From Oculina patagonica (Eukaryota), in contig NC_135762.1 of NCBI RefSeq assembly GCF_052425735.1, positions 372,001 through 436,000 on the forward strand: 64,000 bases of DNA, read 5' to 3'. Of this stretch, positions 1 through 12,563 are shown one piece after another. The translations under genes were made by a program, and so were the position numbers. Every line of letters begins with the position of its first letter. Positions within the stretch are counted from its first letter, which is position 1. The notes below the pieces were generated by a model. That model had not been told where the DNA came from. It searched no databases and saw only the letters and a program-made list of their open reading frames with translations.

Positions 1-2491
1 TAAAAGATATCATTATTCTCGAATGATAAATTATACTCGGTGTTGTACTGTCAACTGATTGAATAACTTACTGTCTTGAATTAAACTTGCTTTCCACTGC
101 AAATGAACACTTTTTTTCACACCTTGTGTGAATTCGGGAAAATTTCAGTGATCGAAAAAGCTATAATTATGCTTTTAACGTAGAATATAAATTATGACTT
201 TATCATTCTCAACATAAAGTGACGAGTGAGTTTTATTAAAATTGGACCGACAAAGACATCAAATAGGCCGACAAACCCTCCAAGCGTCAAACGGTTATGT
301 AGTTAAATCTCAATCATTTCTAAATAAATAGTCAATTGAGTATAAAATGAACAACTTCAAATGAAAAATATTTTCAGTGAAACATGTAGTCCTCAGCTGG
401 TTTTTTCATTACATTTTAATTTGAAGCAAATGTAGAAATGATTTAATGCCCCCAACAGTTGATTTCTGAGAAAAGATATGACAACCCGAGGTTATTTTGG
501 GAGTAAGGGAGCAATTGACGATTTTAAATGACTCTTGTATGGTCATCTATGGTCATCGACTTTGGAGTGCATTACTTGATAGAGAGGTTTTGAGACTATT
601 TTAAGCATAGGCAGGAAGATAAACCAAAGGATTCCTCATTAACTTTCCTTCAGTACAAGCTATTGAGTTGAAATTTTGAGACTATAAGATTTAAACTAAA
701 TAACAGTTCTAGCCATGTATCCTACTCAGAGTTTTGTTTCTGTATTGGATGTAAGTTCTTAATAGAACAAATGGCTACAAACTTGAAAAATTGAGCTAGG
801 TAAATTAACAATCGAGGACCTTGGTTAAACTATAAAGGAGTTTATTCTGTTTAGGTTCAAACTTTCTTCTGTCACAAAGCGACGCAGTGTCGAGTGTTGG
901 TATAATGTTTTCCTGAGCTTCCTAGCACACGTTTTATAGTTCGAGGCGTTAGTTCAGTGTACTATACACGGGCACACATCAAGATGTGCTACTGAGAAAG
1001 TTGGATTTAAACTGTATTCTTACCTGATTTTGCATTGATATCCAAACGTAATTAAATCTGAACGCATACAGAGAGTCATGAATAACTTGTACTTTGATCA
1101 CGTTCACAAAAAACAACTTTTTTTGCTTACCTCAAATTATTTCAACGGCCGGAATAAAAACATGTACGCATCGTTTCCACTCCAAGACTGCCCGGCGCTT
1201 CTTGGAAATAGCCTTTTAAATTTGTGTCGGTCAGCTTTATTGAAGTAATGTTATTTTTTTCGGGCTCTATTTAATTTTAGTTCCGATCAAATGCCAAGTC
1301 TACTTCTCCGTCTGTGTGGCAACTTTCAAAAGCCCGGGGCTTTTTCATCATCTTTGTAAATAGCGGATGTTTGGTTTGATAAATTGATTCGCGGTTCGGA
1401 TAATTAGACGAAATGAAATGTCGGAATCATTTTTAGAGCTGAAATGAATAAGAACAAGCTATGGAGAAAGCAATATATTGTGTATCTTGAACTAAACGCG
1501 ATGTGACATGTTTTTTCTTACATTTGACGTATATTGTTCTTTTTTGTTCTACTCCCCCGGACAGTTCTAATGTGAAAAATAATTTGTAATAATGCCGGAT
1601 CGTTGCATAATTCGATCAAATAAAACATTGAGCTATCTTAGCCTCACTATGTTTTTGAACCGATAAGTGATGTTAAAGGTTTTTGGGTTTTTCTTTAATT
1701 AAAACATCAATGTTTGGGTTATATTTTTGCCGATACCTAAAGCAACAATTATTTGTTCCGAAGAATTGTTCTGGGCTGTGATATTTTAAGCATTTATTTA
1801 GTTGTCGATTCTGATTGGTGTGCGGGAAATTGCTAAGTTGATCAAATCAGTTAAACTGACGAAAAAAATACTGAGTTAATTCAGCTGAAGTATTTTAACT
1901 CACTCGTTGTAAATTTATCAATAAGTAGTCATTGTTGACCTTTTTTTCGCTCTTTCCGTTATTTACCAATATCGACGATTTTGTTTAATTATCCCGCAAA
2001 TAAAATTTCTCACTTTCAATTATAGGAAATGGCAATATCTTGCGACAGGGAACATTTCCGCGCGATAAGAGTGACAGTTTTAATATTTTAGTTTAGACAC
2101 AAACAACACTTTTTTCATTTTAAAATTTGACTTGATTCAGATAACGCTGTATTTTTACCAACACGCCCAGGGGCGTAGCCAGCTTTTTGAAGAGTTGTAG
2201 GCCTGGTCAATCAGCCCGTAAGGGCTGCTTATCAAGGGGGTTGGGGCGAAGGAGGTCCGCCGGAGAAGTTTTTACGAATCAAGACTCTTCAAGAGTCAGG
2301 GGTTTGAAGAACATTTTTTATAAGCGGCTTTCGATTGTGTAATACGCGACGGTAACCACAAAAGGGGCTGTAAGGCCCCTCTTCCCTTGGAGGGTCTGGG
2401 GCATGCTCCCCCAGAAAAAAAAATGAAAATTAGAAACTCGGAAATGCTATTTTTAGCATTATGGGCATTAAAAGAAAGTGCTGTTGATGAT

Positions 2492-2972
2492 TACTTTATT
2501 ACATGAAATTTTCGCGATAAAAGAGATCAGATATTTCGCGACACTTTAATTTGGCGATTTTACGAAAATGTCGTATCTATCCAAGATTTCAAGAGGCGCT
2601 GAAGTCTTCGTAACTGTATTAAAAGACAATTTATACATTTAGAGATACAAGTAGATACAACGATGAGAATTAATTGTTACATCCACAAAGAACGTGGAAT
2701 CTAAAATCATTAAATGGACAGTTTGATGAATGCACCAAAGAAGTGTTGCTTGGACATGGAAGGCAGCAGTGATTAAGAACTTCCTTTTCTAAACGTTTTA
2801 TAAGTAATAAATTCATCCTTTCTCCAATAATGGACACAATGACGGTCACTCAATTTTCGCGTTATTTAATGTTTACGACACTTGTTTTTCGCGACAATTT
2901 AATTTCGCGATATTTTTAAAATCGCGAAAATCGCGAAATTAAAGTGTTGCGAAAATTTCATGTTTTAAGGTA
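2492..2972. mobile_element. Tc1/mariner-type MITE nested in the hAT-like element
   Basis: TA-flanked imperfect TIRs tactttattacatgaaattttcgc / gcgaaaatttcatgttttaaggta; internal tttcgcga repeats. Confidence 0.6.
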
Positions 2973-2991
2973 TTTTAATTGACCACAGAAA

Positions 2992-3025
2992 TAGCCTGTT
3001 CCAGGCGTTCGGCTGGAACAGGCTA
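2992..3025. mobile_element. 34-bp TIR-only mini element (Academ-like TAG...CTA termini)
   Basis: tagcctgttccag / ctggaacaggcta hairpin flanked by ccacagaaa / acacagaaa (8/9 match). Confidence 0.55.
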
Positions 3026-3032
3026 ACACAGA

Positions 3033-4581
3033 AATCAGTGAAAGGTTCCGGCAATTCTACTTTTTTATAAAAAGGTTAACTCTCATTGTTAAAAACGGCA
3101 GAAAAATCAAGTTTCTGAATTTAGTTCACACAGTACAAATGCGAAATTGTTGTCTTTTTTGTTAATGCTAGTCGAAAAGGTTGAAAGTTGAAAAAGGTAC
3201 CCATTTTTCCAAAAAATGCTTGTATTGTTAGCTTTTGATTAAAAATATTTGCACGTCAACATTGTCCGCTTTTTATGCATTTCCTTCTGTTAAAAAAAAA
3301 GCTGCAGATAGAAATGTCCATCTTTTCATTGCTAAGAAGCGATGTTATGGTTACTACAAAAAAGATACCTTTTTTAAGTTAAGAAGCAATCTTATCAAAA
3401 GCGCGAAAAAGGTACCATTTTCTCACTTAGAAAGAATCTCATCGAAAGTGCGAAAAGGTACCTTTTTCGCTGCATTTAGAAATGACGTTTTTTCATGCTA
3501 TTGGGATTGAAAAAAACATTTAAAATCTTTCTGATTGACAGGTGTCAACCGTTGACGCCATTCGGATGAATATATTACGAGCCCATCAGAGCCTAGCTTT
3601 CTCGGTACGAGGTGTTTTTAGGGGATTCTTATTCCCTGAGACTCCCCTGAAAACGCCTGGGCGTTGGGTTGTTCCCGGCCTAACAAAATCCGTATCTGCT
3701 ATTTAATAGAAATGTAAGTTCAATATTGTTATAATTATTGCATCGTTTATTTAACATTAGCGTATTTTTCGGTCCTCTCTCTTCCGCAGAGGCCTTTTAT
3801 TATTTTTTCGTACTGTTGAGAAATAACAGACGAGGAGTAAAAGATTTTATCTCGCGTTTCTTTATGAAAAGCCTCTTGTTACTTCTGGAAAGTTTTGCCT
3901 GAGAATTTCACTGACTTGTTTGAGCGTTTTATTGTCTCTAGTAAGATTCGTTATTAAAGCGACGTTGCTTTCCATATATTTCGCCATATTTGTCTTTTGA
4001 CTAGTTAGTGAATAAACTTGTAGGAGTCGATTCAAGCAGAAAAATTACTCAAATGGCGTCAACAGTTGACACCTGTCAATCAGAAGGATTTTTAATGTCT
4101 TTCCAATCCCAATAGCATGAAAAACGTCATTTCTAAATGCAGCGAAAAAGGTACCTTTTTCGCACTTTCAATGAGATTATTGCTAAGTGAGAAAATGGTA
4201 CCTTTTTCGCGCTTTTGATAAGATTGCTTCTTAACTTGAAAAAGGTACCTTTTTGTAGTAACCATAACATTGCTTCTTAGCAATGAAAAGATGGACATTT
4301 CTATCTGTAGCTTTTTTTTTGGAACAGTGGGAAATGCATAAAAAGCGGCCAATGTTGACGTGCAAATATTTTCAATCAAAAGCTAACAATACCAGCATTT
4401 TTAGGAAAAAAGGGTACCTTTTTCAACTTTCAACCTTTTCGCCTAGCATCAACAAAAAGGACAACAATTTCGCATTTGTACTGTGTGAACTAAATTCAGA
4501 AACTTGATTTTTCTGCTGTTTTCAACAATAAGAATTGACCTTTTTATGAAAAAGTAGAATTGCCGGAACCTTTCACTGATT
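3033..4581. mobile_element. Foldback-type element with ~530-bp terminal inverted repeats
   Basis: 3033-3562 is the reverse complement of 4052-4581 with scattered mismatches; repeated aaaaggtacc(t)ttt motif in both arms; cacaga flanks both ends. Confidence 0.8.
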
Positions 4582-6220
4582 CACAGAAAGGGTTTTTTGA
4601 ACAAACTTCTTTTTTAGATGCAAATCTTATAAATGAAATCTTAACAAACGGAAGTAAGAGGCCCTAGGCGGCGATAGACTGCTTGGCGGTCAGGCTGGTT
4701 TTTATTGAAATCCCTGCAAAAAAGCTTTCTCATTCACTTTCTGCTGATGATGTTTGCATTTGACAGCACCTAAATTATTACATTTCATAGGAGAGAATTG
4801 CGCCAGTTTTCACTCATTCCAAAATAAACGCACTTGTCGCTTACGGCGCAAGCCATTGTGCGTCTGTCTGTCACCTGGCTAGTCTAGAAGGTTCCCGAGT
4901 TTGCACTTTGTAGATGAGCCTTGATCTCATCAAAAGGGTAGTTGTGAAATATATTATGCTAAGGTACGTTTCAAATTTCTTTCAAGTTATCTTGGAAGAG
5001 TTTCAGTCTGATTTTTTTTCTATCACACATTTTAAAAATACGAGTGGGTTGAAAAATTTGTAGGCCCGGGCCTACGGGCCTATAGGCTGGCTACGCCCCT
5101 GACGCCCTTAATTTTAATCACTGTGTTCTGTTTGTTCTACCGTTGAATGATCCAAATTGGGACGTTGTTCTTTTTATCAGTTTTTTAAATTGCGTTCACT
5201 TATTTCCTTTAATAAAACTCCGCTTCCTCTGTCAAAGACGCTTTTTTCAAATACAACCCGATTTTCTACTGGATAAAGGCTCATCGAAGAGAAATCTTCA
5301 ATATTTAGTTCTTTTCTCGCTTATAAGTCCTAAAACTGAATCGTTGAACTGACCTCCCTGAAGATGTAGTTTATTAAAAGTTGAGATAACATAAAATCCG
5401 GCACGCCATTTGACATGTTTATATCAACTGGGGGGAAGCCGACAACTTTTCGGAAATTGCATTGTGTGTTTGGCGGTAATATATAAATATGTTGTTGCTC
5501 TGCTCATTAAATTAGTTTATTTCTTTCAATCTTCCTTTCAAAATTTTATGAATTAATTGCGCTAGCTCTTTCAACGAATCAACCTGAATTCAGCACAAGT
5601 TTGTGAGTTTACGAAGTAAAGCGTAGAATTGATTAATATAATTTTGAATTGCTATCAACTGTTTTTTTTTTATCTGTGTTCTTCTCTCTCATTTTTACCG
5701 CCAACAGCGTATGCCTTATAAGTTGCCACCGTATCCCCACCCGTGTTCGTACAGAGAACCATTCTTGACCCCAGGCCTCAATTCGCTTTCATTTCTTGAC
5801 TGCACAAGACGCGAGGCTCTGGGGAACTCTGCGCCAGTATGGCCAAACTCTGACTATGTTTATGTAAGGGTATCAATAGTGGCTTAAGGTGGCTGGCGAC
5901 AGTTTCTAGCACTTTCCAAGACTTAGATTTCGATGGGTTATTATAGCCACTCTTTATCTGTCGATGCTACTATCATGGCGTCAAACAAATGCCCAATGAT
6001 TGGTGAACACATTGTTATTTTTATGACACAATAGGTTACCATAGCAACAGTATAGCCTTCAAAATACATCCTTAATTTTGTAAGTTCTTTTAAATTTTAA
6101 CAAACTTAATTCTACAAAAAAGACAAACTTACAAGAAACTACTGACTCGTTTGTTAACTGAACAGAAACTGCACGTTGTAGTCAGTCTCAAAATATCAAA
6201 TTTCCTTACTGATTTCCACC

Positions 6221-6398
6221 TACAGTCAACTCTCTCTTAACGGACACCTCTATAAGACGGACACCTGGTGCTGGTCCCGTCCCTGCCGTTTTTCAGTCAT
6301 TTTACTGTAACTAAACTCCGTATAAGACGGACACCTCTCTACAGACGGACAGTTGGGGCCGGTCCAGACGGTGTCCGTTTTAGAGAGAGTTGACTGTA
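6221..6398. mobile_element. Tc1/mariner-type MITE
   Basis: TA-flanked TIRs tacagtcaactctctc / gagagagttgactgta; internal acggacacc repeats. Confidence 0.75.
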
Positions 6399-6756
6399 TA
6401 TCTATTAGTTTTGTTCTGAGAATTTCGTGGTTCATCAAGACAATATCCCTTGCTGTTGAGGTGCTTTTATCTTGTTACCTGTCTGTTCGACAATGTATTG
6501 ATGTTTGTTTGGAGCAAAAAATGTTCGTTCTCTTGGGAATTAATGTTTAAAACGAGGCATCGTGGAACAGAAAAAGTTTAATAGAATTCTGTTTTTACTG
6601 CTTGCAATTTAGGGGTCACTAGTATAACTCACACTCAGTCACAGTAAGGTTTTACATTTAATTTCCTTCAACATATCTTCAAACTACAATGTTTAGTCAG
6701 TCGTTCTTCTTCTCTAGTAAGCGTCAGTTTACATTTTTGATAAAGCAAAAACCTTT

Positions 6757-9700
6757 TTAAGTACACTTGCACATATTCGCCGGACAGTTTCCCAGCGCAC
6801 AATTGTCGACGCACCATTGATCCATGTTGGCATTCCCTTCCCAGGCCCCTATAGCCTTGCACCCTCCAGAGGGGGGTGGGACAGTGTGGGGCGTGGTGAT
6901 CTGTGGGTGAGGGGTATGGGTCGTAGAATGTGGCATCGTAGTTGGTCCTGTCCCTCCACCCAATGCCTGTTTGACTGCATTCATCAGGGGATACCTAACA
7001 CAACGCAACAAATCCTTAGACGTAGAAAACCACTTACACGTTTAAAATACTGTCGGGTTTACTGATACAATGGGCTTTTGCAGCTAACGATCACATGGAA
7101 AAAAATAACACCTTGCTGGAGGGCAAGCTACGCTCTGGGACATTCAAAACAAAGGAAAGTCAAGCATGACTGGTTGGAGTCGCTTTGTTCTGAATGTACC
7201 AGCGCGTAGCTTGCCCTCCAGCAAGGTGTTATTTTGTACTATGTAACTGTTAGCTGCAAAGGGTTCACTGTTTTCTTTCCGGGCCTGTGTTGATGTAGCC
7301 TCTCGCGCAGTCGTTCTTAGGGGCGACCGTGTTCCAAAAAACGACAGCGTGGGAGCCTAGTGTTGATAAAAATTTTACCACAAAGCTAAAGGAGAGGCTT
7401 AAGCCCAGGAGAGTTCCCAGGAGTATCAGTAGTTCGTATAGTGTAATCGTCCGGGTGAGTGGTTCTAAAAAGAACTAATTTTAATGACTGTCGTTTCGCA
7501 GGAGCCTATGGGCTCCTGCGTTTTGACAATTTGAGCGGAAGTCATCTTCGAATCAAGTGAAAAGTTGTTGTCAGTCGATGATGTTATAAGTCTGGTCCGT
7601 TGAAGCTGATTGGTCCGTTTAGCCGTGATGGTACTGGCTGTACAACTCGCGTAAAGTGCAGTGTTAAGTTCGTGTCAAAGTTAAGTTGCGAATGGGCAAA
7701 ACATTCTCAGAGCTTACGATTGAGTAAGGTTACGATCAAAAAGGATAAAAATCGAGCAAATGCGATAAAACAATAACATCTTCGTGGTTGATTTTAGTAG
7801 CTACTTCCAGGAGTATCAGATGAGCCTATGAGAGTTAAAGCAGCTAGAATAGCTTTAATTTCCTATAAAGATGTTCCGTTGAACAAAGAAGGAAGGAAAA
7901 AATCAGATTGCATAAATAAGTTTACTTACCTTCCTTCGCCACAGAAAGTACCCTTAAAATCATCCAGATCCAGCGCCCAGAACATAGCACCAAGGAGATT
8001 TTTTCCTTTGATCAGAGTGTCGACTTTCAATGTTAAACTCGCCTTGTCATCGTACCCAACCCACTGATCACCGGCGTATCCATACGGGGCTTTCACTACA
8101 CTGTCCTGTACCACGGTCAGACCCATCTTACATATCTCGTAATAGGACAGGAATCCCCCTTCCCTTGTGTACTTCCCAGGGGTAGCCTTTCCGCTCGTCG
8201 CAGCTCCCAGTCCATTTTGACTCGGGTTACTTAGTTTGAACGCTCGACCATAGGTACCCAGTCCTAACGCGATTTTCTTGCACGGCATACCCTGTGTAAA
8301 GAATGGGACTTACTTAAGAAAACATTGGTTTGGCTGTTTGGAACAAAGAATTCTTAAACGGAAGTCAAAAACGTAACGACTCTCTCATACATTCTTTTGA
8401 AACATCATGAATGCATGCATGAAGACCGGAAGTTCTAGAATCTAGGACTGGAAATACTGTGTCTCCAGAGCCCTTCGTTTCCTCCTGCCAAGGCCCAGCC
8501 GGCTAAGAGGAACGAAAGGGCTATGGGGACGAGAATGAGTGCTTTGTGAAACCATTTTCAATAAATCATCTTAAAACAAACTGAAATTAAGAAAACTGCA
8601 CACAACGTAGGAAAAATTAAACCGTAGCATTTTTTCTTCAGCGGATCTCTGCGCAGGTTAATTTTTCCGCAAAATCGCCAGCAAAACTTGTTCGATTGTT
8701 AGAAACAAAATAATCCTGACGTGACAATACTGTCGCTATGCTGTTAGTATCGTTATCATGGTTACCTTATCCATCCAATACTGCACTGCGTACGAAACGG
8801 TCAATTGATCCCCTGGGGGACCCTCTAGGGCAGTATGGTGTCCTGTGGTGGGATCCCAGCTTCCGTGAAGATCATACGCCATCAGATTGATAAAATCTAG
8901 AATTCCCGCCAATTTGCTGACCTCATACCCCTTTTCAATGGTTCCCACGCCAGCGGCCACGGCTGCCGTCAGTAGGAGTCGCGGCTTCCCGCTCTGTGCT
9001 GATTCTTTCTTGAAAGCTGTCAGTAACTCTTGGCAAAGAACAGTGAAGCGCTGTTTGTCCTCTGGTGGAGAGTTCCCACGGTTTCCAGGGTATTCCCAGT
9101 CGAGATCAAATCCATCGAAGTTGTACTGTCTCAATAAACTAAACAATGGTGTGTTAGCGTGTGTAGTACGGGATCTGTGTAGTGTTTTGATTGGCTGTAT
9201 AGCGAGATTGAATTTTCGCGCGCAAGAAACAACCAATCAAAGCCAAGCTCCTTGCAGCTTTTGGTCACATGCTTTTGTCAATCTACATCAAGCCTTGTTT
9301 CACCCCTACCATTTTTTTTAGCTCCAAGCTCTTCTTATTTTGGTATCTATTAAGTGCTATATAATAAGATGCGTCATTGTTGAGACACTCCACTAAAAAA
9401 GCTAATTATCACCTTAATTATTGGTATTTATTTTAAAAGAATAGAGCAGTGCATTAGAACTAACGGTTGGCATTGCAGGGCCGAAGCCAGAAAAAAAAAT
9501 TATGAATGAGGCAATGCCTTTTGTAAATTCCCTTCCTTCGTATTCACTTCCCCCCTTCCAAATAAAAAACAACAACAAAAACGAAAAAAGTACTAAGGCA
9601 AGTGCCTCTGTTTGCTTTAAAGTGGCTACGGCCTTGCATTGTATCAGTATTTTAAAGAGAAATTACATTTTTATCACTACTGAGAATTAAAAAGTGGCTG

Positions 9701-10098
9701 TATAAAGATGTTTCTCACCTGATAACAGAAACAATGAAGTCTTTCCTACTGGCCGCCGTGCTTACCATGCGTGAGAATGGACTCGTTGCTCCGTTCTCAT
9801 GATTCCATCCACCAATGGCCAACAGAACCTTTAACTCAGGGTTCTGTTGCTTCAGAGCGTTAACCCGGGGGTACATTTTATCATCATTCCATTCGTACAT
9901 GGCGATCTTGTTATTCGCGTCGATTTTGGCGAATGAGTACATGATATGGGTACAGAGGAATGGGTCGATGTCTTCAGGGAAGAACTTTGCTCCCTCTGGT
10001 CGATACTGTGCCCAGTTGGTATAATAACACACTCGATAGTATGCATTGGAACTTGCTGATAAAGCCATCAAGGCTAGTAATACAGTCAAGGCTTGCAT
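6757..10098 (-). CDS. Secreted family GH18 chitinase (CHIA/CHIT1-like) with Thr/Pro/His linker and C-terminal 6-Cys module
   Basis: Exons 10098-9719, 9138-8766, 8291-7930, 6994-6757 join in frame across GT-AG introns. Signal peptide [19 protein letters not shown]; [11 protein letters not shown]; intact catalytic [11 protein letters not shown] (DxxDxDxE); MAYDLHG; [12 protein letters not shown]. Confidence 0.95.
7072..7266. mobile_element. Palindromic MITE in chitinase intron 3
   Basis: tttgcagctaac / gttagctgcaaa ends and inner inverted repeat aacaccttgctggagggcaagctacgc / gcgtagcttgccctccagcaaggtgtt. Confidence 0.65.
7296..7359. mobile_element. Academ-like mini MITE
   Basis: tagcctc...gagccta termini; flanks gtgttgatg / gtgttgata (8/9). 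Confidence 0.45.
7430..7806 (-). mobile_element. Penelope-like retroelement 3' fragment with decayed minimal hammerhead motif
   Basis: 13-bp TSD ccaggagtatcag at 7417-7429 and 7807-7819; minus strand reads ...cgaagatgacttccgctcaaattgtc...gaaacgacagtc, resembling the CUGANGA...GAAAC core of Penelope hammerheads (family assignment from recall). Confidence 0.55.
9476..9636. mobile_element. Short hAT5-like MITE in chitinase intron 1
   Basis: cagggccgaagcca / tggctacggccttg termini; 5-bp TSD cattg at 9471-9475 and 9637-9641. Confidence 0.65.
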
Positions 10099-12563
10099 GT
10101 TTACTCAACTGGATTACTTCCCGGGAATAAAAGAGGAAAGTGTTAGAACTAAGGTAGGCAAATTGCAAGAATTATTTTGCCGAATGATTGCGTCTGTTTA
10201 GCGACCTTTTGCTTTGTCACATTGGCTAGCTAAAGAAGTAACATTGAACAGTTTGATATTGCACCCACTAAAGAAACTTATTTGAGGTTTTCCAAATAGG
10301 GTCGACTTGAGATCAAGATTGCAAAAAAGGAATTAAACATTATATTGTAACAATTTTCTTTTTGCAATTTTGAATCCAGCGCGAACTCGAAGACGCGAGC
10401 CACTTCCTAATTGGTTCCCGTCATTTTTTTCACCTGTTCAACAAAATCATACTATCATTGTTGGGTTTTCTCTTATCTCTACAGTAGGATATTTTGTGTC
10501 CCAAAATAACGCTATAATTGATTTCAATACCCGTTTGAATCCCAGGCTATCGATGGATGTTTCTTAGAGGCTTCGAATTGCTTTCTTTGGTGTAATTTTT
10601 GATGCTCGTGTTCTGCCCTCATCAATATTATTGCTAAAAACACAAGAAATCAGATTTACCTCTGCAGAGTGGTGAACAGCACTAGTCAAGTGAATACGCC
10701 CTAAAGTGTTCGCCTAAAACGTATGCGTTGAAACATGTTAAGAAGACTTGGCAAATAGTTGTCTACATGCGCGCTTGCTGTATGCGCAGCTGCGCCAGGA
10801 CACAAAACACGACTGAGACAGGACATGCCAAAAGGAGACAGAAACAAGTCCAGCTGTGCTTTCACATCTGAGTAACTTCGCGTACGAGACATTTTGGGCT
10901 TAAGTTGATCTAATGGCTCGTGAGGCACTGAGCGTGAGATCATGTGAGGAAAAATTGATTAAAACAAAAAAAGGATTCCGAACAGTGGAAATTTATGTTG
11001 CGTTAAAAATAACTGCTAAGTTTAATGTGTAATTAAGATAAATTTTGTATTTTTACCCAAAAACTCTACAAACTATTGACTTGTTTATAAACATTGGAAA
11101 CTGCAGTTTGTTGTTTTTCTTTCCTTCTTTCCAAGAGCAAACTATCAATTCTATGATTGTCAGTTTTGGGAATTCGGTTGTTCATCAAGACAATTTCTCG
11201 AAGTTGCAATTTTGTCTTGTTACCTGTCCACTTGACAATCAGGACAATTCTATGGATATTTGCAAAGAGAAAGATTGTTCATTCTGTGGAGTGTGCACTG
11301 AGAAGACACAGTCACAAAGTGACCTTACAGTGACATGACGAGTCTGATTACAAACGACGGAATGGTGTCTTATCTGAAAGAGAGACGCAACGTCCTCTGT
11401 TCAGCTGTAAAAAAACTATTTTCTGGTGTTAATGCGTCCTTCACCTCAAGCTGCTTCATGACTTAAAACCAGTGTGGCAGCTCTCGTAAGCTTGTAATTC
11501 TACTGGTTCTCTAGTGTAGCAGTTGCTGTTTTGGTGTCTAGGGGCATGGTTCCTTGTGTTTGTTTCATTGCTCTCTCGTAGGATAGAGAGCCATTCATGT
11601 CAGACCTTGCGAGGGCTGGACTCCACAAACAATTGTCGGCTTGTGCACTTGTTGTTTTCACAGCTGCGCCAAGGCGCATCCAGCTGAGTTCTCACATCTG
11701 TGCAAGCCTTTTCTCGAAAGATTCTGCTCCAGGCAGCGGAAATCCCGGGCAGCGAAAATTTAAGTCGCGATGAAAAGAACTTACAAATGCCGTTATAAGT
11801 GAAGCTCTCATTCTGCCAGATATATTATTAAACTTGCATAAAAATACTCATTTGTCAACATTGAAATGTTCGTTCAGACAGCCTGCTCTTACTCTCCCAA
11901 GATTAAAATATAGTGGACTTCTGGAATTAATGGCTCACAAAAAGGTAACTGAAAAAATCACAATACCACAGAGATGGTTTTTTCTTTATTAACAAACGAA
12001 CAGTGGTTTAACAAGGAGAGACGCAAGGTCCTCTACAAGCAAACTACATGCATAAAATAACTTAAAATTTGTCAGGAATATGTAAGAAACGATATTTACA
12101 GTTGCACAAGAGAGACTCTTGAGTAGGCGAATGTTTTGCTTGGCATCTCACAAATAAGTTTCTTCAATGGTTGCGAGAACTCTGCAAAACATTCCGATTC
12201 TAGATTTGACTAAACTTGAGCGAATAATAAAGATTTTCACAGATTGATAGTTACATTGTAACAAAGCTATAATTATAACATTTCATTTGAAAACCCATCT
12301 CTTAAGGTCCGCGCCTATCTTGAGTTGGTCGAAAAAAAAAATTAAATAAAGATATGGTTGCAAGAATATATGTTTATATGTTTTAAAACAATACAAAGCT
12401 TGAACAAAATAGATAGCTTTTGAACAAATATTCAAATGGATCTTTAAATTTTCGTAAAATTGGCGGGTCTGTCAAACGATGGGCAACGTAACGAAGCATT
12501 TTTTGGGGAGTTTTTTTTCGTAAATGTATTTTACAGGGACCTATACACGAAAAAAATGTCTTA

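Larger units (their letters stand above)
2168..5101. mobile_element. Non-autonomous hAT-like DNA transposon with 5-bp TSD (hAT5-type), carrying nested insertions
   Basis: TIRs caggggcgtagccagc (2168) / gctggctacgcccctg (ends 5101); acgcc duplicated at 2163-2167 and 5102-5106. Confidence 0.75.

Noticed and set aside
1020-1175. THAP-like start MRTCFYSG on the minus strand near GT donors
   Set aside because: Immediate stop codon and no recognisable continuation.
3235-4379. Similar ORFs 3235-3510 (+) and 4092-4379 (-) as a gene pair
   Set aside because: They are the two arms of one inverted repeat; similarity breaks down by frameshift and no domain is recognisable.
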